Shown: positions 19,875 through 29,516, numbered from the stretch's first letter. The stretch is DNA of 57,330 nt from an uncultured Gammaproteobacteria bacterium (GCA_964416505.1 CAYQEJ010000004.1:1-57330); one strand, 5' to 3'. The notes: generated from the letters alone by a model not told the origin. A program made the numbers and translations.

Positions 19875-21221
19875 TTATTTATAAACCAACTTTAATATCG
19901 TACGCGTTACTGTTATTGCTGAAAACATTGAAATTACTACACCAATCGCTAGGACCAATGCAAAACCTCTAATAATACCAGTTCCAAATGAATATAATAT
20001 TATGCAAGTAATAAGAGTTGAAACATTTGAGTCTCTAATCGACATCCAAGCATGAGAAAATCCTAATTCAATTGCAGTGGATTTACTTTTTCCATGCCTT
20101 AATTCTTCTTTTATGCGTTCAAAAATAAGAATATTTGCATCAACCGCCATTCCAATAGATAAAATAAGACCTGCTATTCCCGCAAGAGTTAATGTAATTC
20201 CATAAGGCGTAAGACTACTTAATTTAAAAACTGCTAAATTAAAGAGCGTGTACATGAGAAGAGCTACGCTTGCAATGATTCCAAGACGCCCATAAAGAAA
20301 AATCATAAATATAACTACCGTAAGAAATCCAATAAAACCTGCTATTAAGCTTTTATGAAGAGACTCTAAACCAAGAGTAGGTCCTACTACATGCTGCTCC
20401 ATAACGGTTAATTTTACAGGAAGTGCTCCAGCATTTAGTTGAGTACTCAGCTCCTTTGCATCAGCCTGCGTAAATCCACCCGAAATAATTGCATCTCCAG
20501 TAAGAATTGCATCATTTACATTTGGTGCTGTAATAATTTGATTATCAAGAACAATTGCTACTGGTTTTTGTAAATTTCTTTTTGTAATTTCTCCAAATTT
20601 TTTCGCGCCATTTGAATCAAACTTCAATTGCACAACAGGTGCACCCGTATTTGGATCAAATGAAACAGAAGAAGAGCTTAAATCTGATCCTGATAAGTTT
20701 GTCTTTTTGAGTGGACCCAGCCCCAACAATTCTGCATTGATCGGATATTCTCCGGAGGCAATTAACTCAGCAGAAATAGAAGCTGCGGGCTCCCAAAAGG
20801 TAAGCTGTGCTGTAGCTCCAATTAAGTCAATTGCCTGCTTTACATCGGTTACTCCAGGCAGCTCCACAATTATTCTGGAATCGTTATTGACTTTAGCAGT
20901 TTGAATTAAAGGTTCAGATACTCCATAAAGATTTATTCTTCTATCAATTACTTCCCTAGCGCTCTCAAGAGCCTTGTCACGCTCCCCTGCAGGCAACTTT
21001 TCAACTTCGGCTTTGAAAGTGAGACTTACCCCACCTTTAAGATCTAAGCCTTGCCTAAAATCAATTACTTTATTAAGCCCTAATTTCTGTGACAAAAAAG
21101 TAGCATTGTATTTAATTTCTTTACTTTTTCCAAATAATTCAATTTTTCCAGGCAAAGTTATAAAAATTGAAGCGATAGTGAGCAGAAATATAAAAGCAAA
21201 AAGTAATCGTGGATTTTTCAT
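19875..21221 (-). CDS. secD: Protein translocase subunit SecD
   Basis: GLDLKGG, RRINLYGVSEP, AGALPV, VGPTLG, GMAVDANILIFERIKEE. Confidence 0.96.
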   Translation of the reverse strand: MKNPRLLFAFIFLLTIASIFITLPGKIELFGKSKEIKYNATFLSQKLGLNKVIDFRQGLDLKGGVSLTFKAEVEKLPAGERDKALESAREVIDRRINLYGVSEPLIQTAKVNNDSRIIVELPGVTDVKQAIDLIGATAQLTFWEPAASISAELIASGEYPINAELLGLGPLKKTNLSGSDLSSSSVSFDPNTGAPVVQLKFDSNGAKKFGEITKRNLQKPVAIVLDNQIITAPNVNDAILTGDAIISGGFTQADAKELSTQLNAGALPVKLTVMEQHVVGPTLGLESLHKSLIAGFIGFLTVVIFMIFLYGRLGIIASVALLMYTLFNLAVFKLSSLTPYGITLTLAGIAGLILSIGMAVDANILIFERIKEELRHGKSKSTAIELGFSHAWMSIRDSNVSTLITCIILYSFGTGIIRGFALVLAIGVVISMFSAITVTRTILKLVYK

Positions 21222-21793
21222 GCCAGTAAGGATTCTTCGTCTCCTATTAGCATAACCCTGGATCCGAAAAGAATTGAAAGTATAAAGGGATCTCTTTTCT
21301 TTTTTCTAAAATCAAATTCTTCCTCTGTCATAACTGTATAATTTATCTCAGTATCAAGCCTTTTCTCTTCTTCACGAACTAAAAGAGCTAGCTCAGGTAA
21401 AACCACAGCACCTACTACTATAAGATCCACCTCTTCTGGTCCTTTTGGAAGACGTCTTGCAAATTTTCCAGAAAAAGATGCATATTTAATTCTTCCAAGC
21501 TTAACTCTATTCTTAAGAATTCCTTCTCCAAGCCCAATAGTTTTTGATCCAATTCTAAGAAGATCAAAATAAAATTCGTAATTTTTATTTAAATAGTAAT
21601 AAACTCTATTCGCACGTGGTTCTTTAGATAAGATTCCTTTTTTCTCCAAATATGCTAGCTCACGTCGCACTGCATTTATTTCGTCACCAGTTCGCCTAAC
21701 CAGCTCTCTAACATGAAACATTTCCGAAGGATAAGATAAGAAAACATTTATAAGTTTTACGCGAGATTTTGAAGTAATAATATCTGATAACAT
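21218..21793 (-). CDS. Winged-HTH protein with a nucleotidyltransferase-like C-terminal region
   Basis: N-terminal HVRELVRR......AVRREL..L...GIL; C-terminal FSGKFAR......EVDLIVVG and EINYTVMT.EEF resemble Pol-beta/MNT folds. Confidence 0.65.
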   Translation of the reverse strand: MLSDIITSKSRVKLINVFLSYPSEMFHVRELVRRTGDEINAVRRELAYLEKKGILSKEPRANRVYYYLNKNYEFYFDLLRIGSKTIGLGEGILKNRVKLGRIKYASFSGKFARRLPKGPEEVDLIVVGAVVLPELALLVREEEKRLDTEINYTVMTEEEFDFRKKKRDPFILSILFGSRVMLIGDEESLLA

Positions 21794-21853
21794 AAACCAA
21801 AAATATTAACAGTTATTTTACTCGATATTTGAAGATTAGTAAACTATCTCAAA

Positions 21854-23023
21854 CTATTTCACTTCTAGGACGCCTTCTGGAGGAATTATGTGGAACCAAA
21901 TTTTACCTCTTGTAAATTCTATCTCCTTACCACTTTCATCAGTAATAATTGTTCTGTCTGTTCTTGTTTTCTTACTCCATTTACCTTCAATCTTTTCTCC
22001 ATTCATAAATATAACAGCATCTCCCGATCCTTTTGTTTTATATAGTAGATGTGCATTGTTTTCATATCCATCGTTTGCGCTATTCTCAATTTGATACATA
22101 ACCACTATATTTTTTGCAGTTAATTGCTTACCTGTATTTTTATCTAAATGAGGAGCTCCACCATTACTTCTCTTATATTCATTAGATGCTTTATCATATG
22201 CCCAATCAATAAAGTAATCACCATCACTATCCCAGTGCTCTATATGAATTGATTTAGTAGATCCTCTCTCTCCAGAAGGAGCTTCATCCTGAAATGTATA
22301 TGGAACAAAACCTTCATCCCATGGCGTGCCATCTTTTCCTTTTACTCCTAATTCTCTTTCCTTCTGCGCAAAATCCCAAAGCTTAGAAGTCGTGGAATAC
22401 ATAGTGTGCTCCGTAGCCGTAGCATGACCTAAACGATTATAATCCCTCCAAAAAGTTGGGAAACCAATAGAAAATTGATTTAAGTCATTATAACCACCCC
22501 AGCCATAATCATTTATTTGAGATAACGCATCTGCTGGCCCAGGAGTATTTGCGCCTCCCACATGAGCATACAGAGGGCTATCGCCATATTCTGATATCCA
22601 GTCGAGGAAATAAGTTCTTGCACTTCTTACTGGTCCCACCTGAACGGGAGCATTACAGTAAAAAATATTTAATGTTCTAGTTATTCCACCTTCTGCAACC
22701 GCTTCATATGTTACGTCAGCTGAATTGATTCCAGACTGAGGCCTAGCATTTTCATGATTTTCTATCATCACACCAAGCGGTCTGTGTTTTTCCCACCATG
22801 ATTTTTGTTGCTTTGAATATTTTGCTCCATTCATTGGACATTCTTCAGTTTTTGGAAGCGAATCATCAAATACTATTTCTCCATTAGAATTGGTTGATGG
22901 AGGTGGAACTGGAGAAGCGAATCTTTGACCCAAAGAAGATTTTGCAAATAAAAAATATGAACCGCCGGTTGCTAAAAGATAAACTATTAAGGCTACTAAA
23001 ATTGTCTTCTTGTTCTTAAGCAT
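21854..23023 (-). CDS. DUF3048-type extracytoplasmic protein
   Basis: RPLGVMIEN...ARPQSG...AD..YE..AEGGITR, GPVRSAR.YF, HVGG; N-terminal TM helix. Confidence 0.85.
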   Translation of the reverse strand: MLKNKKTILVALIVYLLATGGSYFLFAKSSLGQRFASPVPPPSTNSNGEIVFDDSLPKTEECPMNGAKYSKQQKSWWEKHRPLGVMIENHENARPQSGINSADVTYEAVAEGGITRTLNIFYCNAPVQVGPVRSARTYFLDWISEYGDSPLYAHVGGANTPGPADALSQINDYGWGGYNDLNQFSIGFPTFWRDYNRLGHATATEHTMYSTTSKLWDFAQKERELGVKGKDGTPWDEGFVPYTFQDEAPSGERGSTKSIHIEHWDSDGDYFIDWAYDKASNEYKRSNGGAPHLDKNTGKQLTAKNIVVMYQIENSANDGYENNAHLLYKTKGSGDAVIFMNGEKIEGKWSKKTRTDRTIITDESGKEIEFTRGKIWFHIIPPEGVLEVK

Positions 23024-23029
23024 AAATGA

Positions 23030-23494
23030 TTATTTTATAGTTCCAGCTTCTTTCAAAGCTTTCTTTTCATCATCGGACAGTTCATGCTCAGTACCCTTAC
23101 CGTTTATAACTCGCTTAGCGTACCATCTTAAGCCCGATCTTGAATACAATCCAGAAATTATTACTCCAGAATCATTTTTATCTAAAAGAGATAAAATAAA
23201 ACTCTGATCTCCTCCTATATCCTTAAAAGGATTAAACCTTAAAAGGCCCACTTTCTGTATATGAAAATGGCCTTCTTTATCTATTCTATCACAGATAGTT
23301 CGTAACATTTCAATATCTTTTTTATTTTGAGCTTGTGACTTTAAAACATCCTCTAAGATTCCTCTAAGCCCTACCCTTCCCGTATCATCTGCGAGCCTAT
23401 TGAAGTGAATTAACATACGCCTGAAAAGAATAGTTAAAAAAACGGTCCAAATAAAAATAGCCGCTAGTAAAATGAGCACAAGGTAGTCAAACAT
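23030..23494 (-). CDS. DUF4446-type membrane protein
   Basis: N-terminal TM helix, QKVGLLRFNPF...GGDQSF..SLLD...SG..IS.L..R...R.YAK, LS.DEKKAL. Confidence 0.85.
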   Translation of the reverse strand: MFDYLVLILLAAIFIWTVFLTILFRRMLIHFNRLADDTGRVGLRGILEDVLKSQAQNKKDIEMLRTICDRIDKEGHFHIQKVGLLRFNPFKDIGGDQSFILSLLDKNDSGVIISGLYSRSGLRWYAKRVINGKGTEHELSDDEKKALKEAGTIK

Positions 23495-23513
23495 TGATAC
23501 TCATTGTTACTCC

Positions 23514-23532
23514 TTGACACGCATCGTGTCAA
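23514..23532. promoter_or_regulatory. Inverted repeat TTGACAC-N5-GTGTCAA in a divergent promoter (back-to-back -35 hexamers or operator)
   Basis: Perfect 7-bp arms, each containing TTGACA on its own strand. Confidence 0.5.
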
Positions 23533-23579
23533 TAGTGTATCTTGCCTTATGTAGCTTTAAATCAAGGCTAAATTCTAAA

Positions 23580-23843
23580 ATGGCAAAGAAGAAAACAAGA
23601 AAACAAAAAATTCTTGCCGATTCACGACATATCACATATCACCTTGAAACAAATTACTCTGCTCAAGTAAGTCACCCTACTGAGAAAAAATCTAAATTCA
23701 ATCTTGAGCAAATTTCGACTCCGACTACTGTCATAGCTAATTCTTATGCACATGTTGCTGCAGATATTAAAAAAACTGCATTCATAACCGGCGCCATACT
23801 TACAGCACAGATAATTCTTTTTATATTAATTAATAAGGTATAG
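23580..23843 (+). CDS. Small basic protein with C-terminal TM helix
   Basis: MAKKKTRKQK start (ATG 23580), C-terminal hydrophobic helix. Confidence 0.7.
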   Translation: MAKKKTRKQKILADSRHITYHLETNYSAQVSHPTEKKSKFNLEQISTPTTVIANSYAHVAADIKKTAFITGAILTAQIILFILINKV

Positions 23844-23867
23844 TTATTTGAAAGGGGGTGAATTTAA

Positions 23868-24011
23868 ATGGCAGAAATGTATTGCGTAAAATGCAGAGCT
23901 AAAAGAGACGATCCAAGTGCGACACCTGTTACCATGAAAAATGGTAAACCTGCAATGAAAGGAAAGTGTCCAGTTTGTGGTACAGGAATGTACAAAATCG
24001 GTAAAGCTTAA
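23868..24011 (+). CDS. 47-aa C4 zinc-binding protein, DUF5679-like (not in ORF track)
   Basis: MAEMYCVKCRAKRDDPSATPVTMKNGKPAMKGKCPVCGTGMYKIGKA; SD AAGGGGGTGA at 23852-23861; terminator downstream. Confidence 0.9.
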   Translation: MAEMYCVKCRAKRDDPSATPVTMKNGKPAMKGKCPVCGTGMYKIGKA

Positions 24012-24062
24012 ATTGCAGATTAATTTCTTGGATCACTTTTTGGAATCCAAGAAACACAATCG

Positions 24063-24100
24063 AAAAATCCCCTTTAATGGGGATTTTTCTTTTTTTATTT
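24063..24100. terminator. Intrinsic terminator, probably bidirectional
   Basis: AAAAATCCCC-TTTAAT-GGGGATTTTT hairpin followed by a T-run, between convergent genes. Confidence 0.85.
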
Positions 24101-24487
24101 GACAATAGCGTAAACGGGTTTTCCGGGAAGCTTTTTCCTAAATCCAGCTTTTGCATTTAATCTTGGAAAATTAATCCATGGATCCATCCAACCTTTTTCT
24201 GTAAATAAAAGGTAATGTCCTACAGGATGAACTTCTGTTTTACCTATAAATACAATGGTTCCAATTGGATAAATGTGGCTCTTTTTTCTTTTTACATATT
24301 TCAATGAATAATTAAATCCCATTTTTTCAAGCGAATCAATTATCTCTCTACAATAAAATCCCCTAAACTTAGCCCATTCATTTCCGTTAGTAAAATTTTT
24401 AATTGCTTTTCTATAACTAGAATTTGAAACGGATGCTACGCATGCAACTGCACATCCTGAAAAATGCTCTTGTCTAATTGCTTTCAT
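24095..24487 (-). CDS. Stand-alone C39-like cysteine peptidase domain protein
   Basis: Q-x5-C (QEHFSGCAVAC), GHY, MDP; 130 aa, no signal peptide; TACAAT 6 nt upstream of the start. Confidence 0.65.
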   Translation of the reverse strand: MKAIRQEHFSGCAVACVASVSNSSYRKAIKNFTNGNEWAKFRGFYCREIIDSLEKMGFNYSLKYVKRKKSHIYPIGTIVFIGKTEVHPVGHYLLFTEKGWMDPWINFPRLNAKAGFRKKLPGKPVYAIVK

Positions 24488-24625
24488 GCATTGATTGTAG
24501 AATTTAAAAAAATATATACAAGCGTGTATTTCAATACTCTGTCAATAGGCAATCTAAATCCATTCTGAAGCTATTAAATATATATAAATTTCTATAAATA
24601 TTAAGGGTATATAATTCCCACCTAT

Positions 24626-25090
24626 ATGCACGAAAGACACGAAAGAGAACAAAGATTAATTTCATTAGCTGAAAATAGAGGATTTAAATCCGGGCTAACA
24701 ATGGGGTTATTGGCTGGGAGCCTAGCTCTTGGTCTTTCAAATACATTATTAAGACCTAAGAACGTAGATCCACTAATTGATTGCGAAGGAGGACCTAGAA
24801 ATGGAGCTATTAATCTTTTTGTTAGAAAAAATGAAGTTTTCTCTACAAGAGCTATTACAGGAGGCGATCAAATTACCATAACTGGAGAGAATCCTGGATC
24901 ACTAAGAATTGAGGTTACTGAAAATGTAATCGTAACTTTTTCAGATCAACGAATTACAGGAGGAACTACAATTAATTTAAACCCAGATTCAACTGTATCT
25001 CTGGAGACGAATGGAATTATCATGAATGCTACAGGAAAATTAAGCGGTGATTCAACCGCTGTTTCCATCTCGACTAGCTGCAAAATTTAG
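24626..25090 (+). CDS. Hypothetical membrane-anchored beta-rich protein
   Basis: Hydrophobic helix at about aa 22-42, Thr/Gly/Ile-rich alternation, two Cys bracketing the domain. Confidence 0.7.
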   Translation: MHERHEREQRLISLAENRGFKSGLTMGLLAGSLALGLSNTLLRPKNVDPLIDCEGGPRNGAINLFVRKNEVFSTRAITGGDQITITGENPGSLRIEVTENVIVTFSDQRITGGTTINLNPDSTVSLETNGIIMNATGKLSGDSTAVSISTSCKI

Positions 25091-25091
25091 T

Positions 25092-25226
25092 CTATTCACA
25101 GCAAGGATCTTTGAAACCACAATTGTGACAAACAGCGTCGCGGCTTCCTGGCATATCTCCCATTTTCTCTTTACAAACTGGGCAAGATTGCGTTCTTAAA
25201 GTATTTTCATGTCCTTCAGTTTTCAT
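25092..25226 (-). CDS. 44-aa zinc-ribbon microprotein (not in ORF track)
   Basis: MKTEGHENTLRTQSCPVCKEKMGDMPGSRDAVCHNCGFKDPCCE; start overlaps the end of the HAD gene. Confidence 0.7.
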   Translation of the reverse strand: MKTEGHENTLRTQSCPVCKEKMGDMPGSRDAVCHNCGFKDPCCE

Positions 25227-25866
25227 CTTCTAAAACTTTAATAACGTCTCTTAAATCATCAACCCTTTTCCATGCATGGTTTTCTAGATCAAATCTAGAT
25301 CCATACAAAATACCGTGTTTTGTAAAATCAAATGCGCTTAAGTCGTTATCTGAATCTCCAATAAAAATAGCATCTTGGGGATTAATATCTAAAAGCTTAC
25401 AAATTTGATTAATTTGATCTACTTTTACTTGCGGATCTTCTCCGAAAGTTTCAAGACTAGTAAAATTTCCATCTTTATCAAAATTTAAAATGGTATTTAC
25501 TTTAAAATATTTAATTCCTAAGTGATGCGCTACACCCGAAACATATTCTGCGCTCCCAGAAGAAATTATTGCAATTTCGTATCCTTTTTTCTTTAAATAA
25601 CTAACTAAATCTTCTGCTTCTTCATTTATTTTGTAATTTTTATAATTCATCATCTGTTCATAATAATTCTTTTTTAACCCAACCTTCTTATAGAGTCTTT
25701 CAATATTATCGACCCAATCCTGAAAGCCTAAATTACCTTTATAATAGGCTCCCATTTGCTCTGTGATTTCAATGCTTATATCTAGCTTTTTTTCTAGCTG
25801 CGTTAGCGGATGGCCAAAGAGAAGAACTCCATCGCAATCAAAGAAGATTATTTTAAATTTATTCAT
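25216..25866 (-). CDS. HAD-superfamily phosphatase (SerB-like)
   Basis: FFDCDGVL (DxDxV), ISSG, K, FIGDSDND. Confidence 0.88.
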   Translation of the reverse strand: MNKFKIIFFDCDGVLLFGHPLTQLEKKLDISIEITEQMGAYYKGNLGFQDWVDNIERLYKKVGLKKNYYEQMMNYKNYKINEEAEDLVSYLKKKGYEIAIISSGSAEYVSGVAHHLGIKYFKVNTILNFDKDGNFTSLETFGEDPQVKVDQINQICKLLDINPQDAIFIGDSDNDLSAFDFTKHGILYGSRFDLENHAWKRVDDLRDVIKVLEDEN

Positions 25867-27451
25867 CAGCTCTATAATGAATTAATTTGTAAACTTTTAG
25901 AACAGAGACATCCCATTGCCCAGCTATTTCTGCTCTTCCAAACCCTGCAATCTCCTGACGCGATTCTCCTAAGGGAGAACATGGATTTGTTTCGCAAACT
26001 ACAAACAATTGATCAGTTACACTTTTTCTATCGGGATCTTTATCAAGACCTAAAATAGTAACTGGCTCTCTCCCATCAAGCTTAAAGAAATACCTATATG
26101 CATGATCAGAATTCCCAATTCCACTTATAGAAAAATTGTAAGGTTTTCCCTCTGCTTTGGAGATTACAAAATCTGATATTTCCTTTACCTGCCTTACCTG
26201 ATTATTTCCGGGAACTGAAATAGGACTAAATTTGAGGTTTAAGAAAAATAAAATAAATAAAATTGAGAAAACAATAACCTTTCCTGTTTTTTTAAGAATT
26301 AAAATTAATTCTGAAAAGAAAAGACCAACAAGGAGAAATGGAATTGGGAATATAAATCCCAAATAATAATCATAAATTGATTTATTGTAAAATCCAAAAA
26401 GACCGATCCCAACAAATGTCCAAATTAAAATTAAAAGAAATTTCCTAAATAAACCATGATCATTTTTTTCTTTCCAAAAAATAACAAGAAAAAAGATTAT
26501 AGATAATAATCCTAAAAATATTGCTGCAACAAGCCACAACTGCAAAATTGTTGGATTAAATTTATAGAATTTAAATAAATCCGGGTAGCTCATAACCAGA
26601 CCTCCAAACAATCTAACAAACACGTGCTCTATGTTCGGTATGAAACTTCCAGTTGCTCCAGTCTCAGGAGAGTTAAAAATAAATTTCAAAATATTTTGGG
26701 TATTTAAAAATTGGTGTCTTACTTCAAATGCCAAAAAAGGAGAAAATCCAATTAAAAATCCAATTATTAAACTTACATATCTTTTGATTAAATTTTTAAA
26801 AAAATCTAATCTAAATTTAAAATCGACTAAAGTTGTATAGAAAAAAATAATTGCTCCTACAAAAGTTGCCAAATAATGAATTTGAAGATTTATTCCCATT
26901 AAGAATCCTGCTAAAAGAAACAATTTTAATTTATTTTTTTCAACTGCTTTATATAAAACATAAAGACTTGAAATTGTAAAAAAAGGAAAAACATTTGGAT
27001 TCCATGAAGAACGAGAATATGTAATTACTACTGGAGAAATTGCATAAAGAAATGCAGCTATTAACCCGGCAATAGGGTTAAAAAATTCTTTTCCGACCTT
27101 ATAAACTAAATAAATTGTCGCAACCCCAAACAAAACTACCATAATTGCAGGCCCAATCGGATCAAAGCGCGAGAGAAACATAAAAGGAGTCATGAGGTAA
27201 TAATAAATAGGACCTAGAAAAAAACCTCCCACTGAAGAAGTAGGACCTAACAGGGTTAGATTCCCATGCAAAATGTTATAGACAACGAGCGCGTCTCTCC
27301 CTTCATCTCCAAGAAAAACAATATAGTCTCTTACCCTATAAATACGTAAGAAAAGTCCTAAAAGGATTATCGCAAAGATAGGAAACCAGGACGGCTTTAG
27401 CCCAATTTTTCCTGTAGTTTTGAAATGGAGGAAATGTGCCACCTTTTCCAT
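25859..27451 (-). CDS. GT-C glycosyltransferase (family 39, ArnT/PMT-like)
   Basis: Many TM helices, GDEGRD acidic loop, GPIYYYL, SRSSWNPN, QIHY. Confidence 0.88.
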   Translation of the reverse strand: MEKVAHFLHFKTTGKIGLKPSWFPIFAIILLGLFLRIYRVRDYIVFLGDEGRDALVVYNILHGNLTLLGPTSSVGGFFLGPIYYYLMTPFMFLSRFDPIGPAIMVVLFGVATIYLVYKVGKEFFNPIAGLIAAFLYAISPVVITYSRSSWNPNVFPFFTISSLYVLYKAVEKNKLKLFLLAGFLMGINLQIHYLATFVGAIIFFYTTLVDFKFRLDFFKNLIKRYVSLIIGFLIGFSPFLAFEVRHQFLNTQNILKFIFNSPETGATGSFIPNIEHVFVRLFGGLVMSYPDLFKFYKFNPTILQLWLVAAIFLGLLSIIFFLVIFWKEKNDHGLFRKFLLILIWTFVGIGLFGFYNKSIYDYYLGFIFPIPFLLVGLFFSELILILKKTGKVIVFSILFILFFLNLKFSPISVPGNNQVRQVKEISDFVISKAEGKPYNFSISGIGNSDHAYRYFFKLDGREPVTILGLDKDPDRKSVTDQLFVVCETNPCSPLGESRQEIAGFGRAEIAGQWDVSVLKVYKLIHYRADE

Positions 27452-28566
27452 ATAAAAATATTATACATGCTATAGCTATATGGGATTACAAAAAGAGCAA
27501 TCGCTATCACCAATGCAATTTGCCTTACTACAATCGTATTTCCAAAAAGATGGGTTCCAACAAAAACTGTCGAAGAAATTAATACTAACGAACCTAAAGA
27601 TACCAAATTAAACTGCGGAAACTTGATTAAAACTTTCCATGGACTTGTAATTTTTTGACTTCCAAAAGCCCAATAATTATTAACAAAAAAGTTGAAAATT
27701 ATTGATAATTCCGCGGAAAGAGACGCAGAAGGAATAGGATGCATCTTAAAATAATCTGCAAAAATTTCGAGTGAAATTGCATTAATTAAATATCCTATAA
27801 ATCCTGTAATCGCATATTTCATAAACGGCGAATGAACTAACTCGATGATTCTTGCTTTTATTACAAAATATAACGTTTGAATGATGGTTTGTCTTGCGGG
27901 AATTTTTGATCTTCCTGCGACTCTATCCTTAGCATCAAATGGAACTTCAGCCACTTTAAATCCATCCTGAATAGCGGATAACAAGAATCCTACTTGAAAA
28001 ATATAACCCTTAAAAGCCTTAAGTTTTTCTTTCTCTTTTAAAAATACTTCTTTTTTAATTGCTCTATATCCACCTGTCCAATCATGAATATAAAATCTCA
28101 TAAGAACCCATCTAATGATCATATTTCCAAACACAGAAAGAATCTTTCTATGAATTCCCCAATTCTTAGGGATTGATCCGCCACCACTATATCTTGTGCC
28201 AATTATAAAATCATGTCCTTCATCAATTTTTTTTAGAAAATCTGGAATTTTATTTGGATCATGAAAAAAATCTGCATCCATTTCAAAAACTACATCAGCA
28301 TTCATTTTGTTAATTGCGTAATCCATTCCTCTTATGTATGCTGCTCCAAGACCTTCTTTTTTACCGAGAATAATCTCCAAATTTTTCCATTTCTTCATTA
28401 AATCTTTTACAATATCCGAGGTTCCATCAGGAGAATTATCATCAGCAACAAGTATCCCCATTTCATACCCCTTAACCTTAGGGAATACATCTTCTTCTAA
28501 GACATTGATTAATTTATCAATGTTTCCTTTTTCATTATATGTGGGAATTATTACAACAGCCTTCAT
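27397..28566 (-). CDS. Polyprenol-phosphate glycosyltransferase (GT2) fused to a GtrA-like domain
   Basis: IIPTYNE, DDNSPDGT, GLGAAY, EMDADF.HDP, D.TGGYR; C-terminal 4-TM region starting KYAITG. Confidence 0.9.
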   Translation of the reverse strand: MKAVVIIPTYNEKGNIDKLINVLEEDVFPKVKGYEMGILVADDNSPDGTSDIVKDLMKKWKNLEIILGKKEGLGAAYIRGMDYAINKMNADVVFEMDADFFHDPNKIPDFLKKIDEGHDFIIGTRYSGGGSIPKNWGIHRKILSVFGNMIIRWVLMRFYIHDWTGGYRAIKKEVFLKEKEKLKAFKGYIFQVGFLLSAIQDGFKVAEVPFDAKDRVAGRSKIPARQTIIQTLYFVIKARIIELVHSPFMKYAITGFIGYLINAISLEIFADYFKMHPIPSASLSAELSIIFNFFVNNYWAFGSQKITSPWKVLIKFPQFNLVSLGSLVLISSTVFVGTHLFGNTIVVRQIALVIAIALFVIPYSYSMYNIFIWKRWHISSISKLQEKLG

Positions 28567-29516
28567 ACACTCTTAAAATATTGTATAGTTTTTAAGAGGC
28601 CTTCTTCAAGCGACACTTTAGCACTCCATCCCAAAATGTTTTTTGCTTTAGTAAGCTCTGGCTTTCTTTCTTTAGGATCATCCTGAGGAAGATCTTCATT
28701 TATTACTTCCGAAGAAGAATTGGTAAGACTAACTACCATATCAGCAATCTCTTTAATTGTTCTCTCATCATCATTTCCAAGATTAATAACTTCCCCTTTT
28801 GCTTGATCTGTAAACATAGCTTTTTTAAGCCCATCTACCATATCATCTATATAACAAAAGCTTCTAGTTTGAGATCCGTCTCCATATACAGTAATCGCTG
28901 CGCCACTTAGGGCCTGCATTATGAAATTTGAAACAACTCTACCATCATCTTTTCTCATTTTTGGACCATAAGTATTAAAAATTCTTACTATTCTTGCATC
29001 TACTCCAAATTCTCTTTCATATGCGCTCGTTATAGCTTCACCAAATCTTTTTCCTTCGTCATATACTGCCCTTATTCCGTTTGGATTTACATTTCCGAAG
29101 TAACTCTCAGGCTGTGGCGAAACCGAAGGATCTCCATAAACTTCAGAAGTTGATGCAAATAAAAATTTTGATCCAAATTTTTTTGCTGCCTCAAGCAGAT
29201 TATATGTACCACGAGAATTAACAAGAAGTGTTTCTATGGGAAATGCCATATAACTTCTGGAGCTTTTAGCGTTTGGTGAGGCAGGACTAGCTAGATGAAA
29301 AATAAAATCAGCAGGAGAGAGATCATCAGAAGATAATTCAATTACATCCTTCTGAATAAAAGAAAAGTTTTCGTTTTCTAAAAGCTTAGAGATATTTTCC
29401 TTGTCGCTTGTCAAAAAGTTATCGACACAGATTATCTTATATCCCTCATTAAGAAGTGATTCGCAAAGATGAGCACCTATAAAACCTGCTCCACCTGCTA
29501 CAACTACCGTCTGCAT
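28563..29516 (-). CDS. UDP-glucuronate decarboxylase-like SDR
   Basis: GGAGFIG, FHLASPASP, ASTSEVYGDP, YFGNVNPNG.RAVYDEGKR, RIFNTYGP.M...DGRVVSNF. Confidence 0.9.
   Translation of the reverse strand: MQTVVVAGGAGFIGAHLCESLLNEGYKIICVDNFLTSDKENISKLLENENFSFIQKDVIELSSDDLSPADFIFHLASPASPNAKSSRSYMAFPIETLLVNSRGTYNLLEAAKKFGSKFLFASTSEVYGDPSVSPQPESYFGNVNPNGIRAVYDEGKRFGEAITSAYEREFGVDARIVRIFNTYGPKMRKDDGRVVSNFIMQALSGAAITVYGDGSQTRSFCYIDDMVDGLKKAMFTDQAKGEVINLGNDDERTIKEIADMVVSLTNSSSEVINEDLPQDDPKERKPELTKAKNILGWSAKVSLEEGLLKTIQYFKSV

Noticed and set aside
21827-21852. Imperfect hairpin between the DUF3048 and HTH genes
   Set aside because: AT-rich with two bulges and no clear U-tract; not supportable as a terminator or ncRNA.
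23489-23513. SD-led five-codon minigene (AAGGAG...ATG AGT ATC AAT GTT TGA, minus strand) overlapping the DUF4446 start
   Set aside because: Too short to tell from chance; the AAGGAG also lies within the promoter spacer.
24626-25090. Possible type IV pilin (GF followed by a hydrophobic helix)
   Set aside because: No Glu at +5 and no class III cleavage context; treated as a generic TM-anchored protein.
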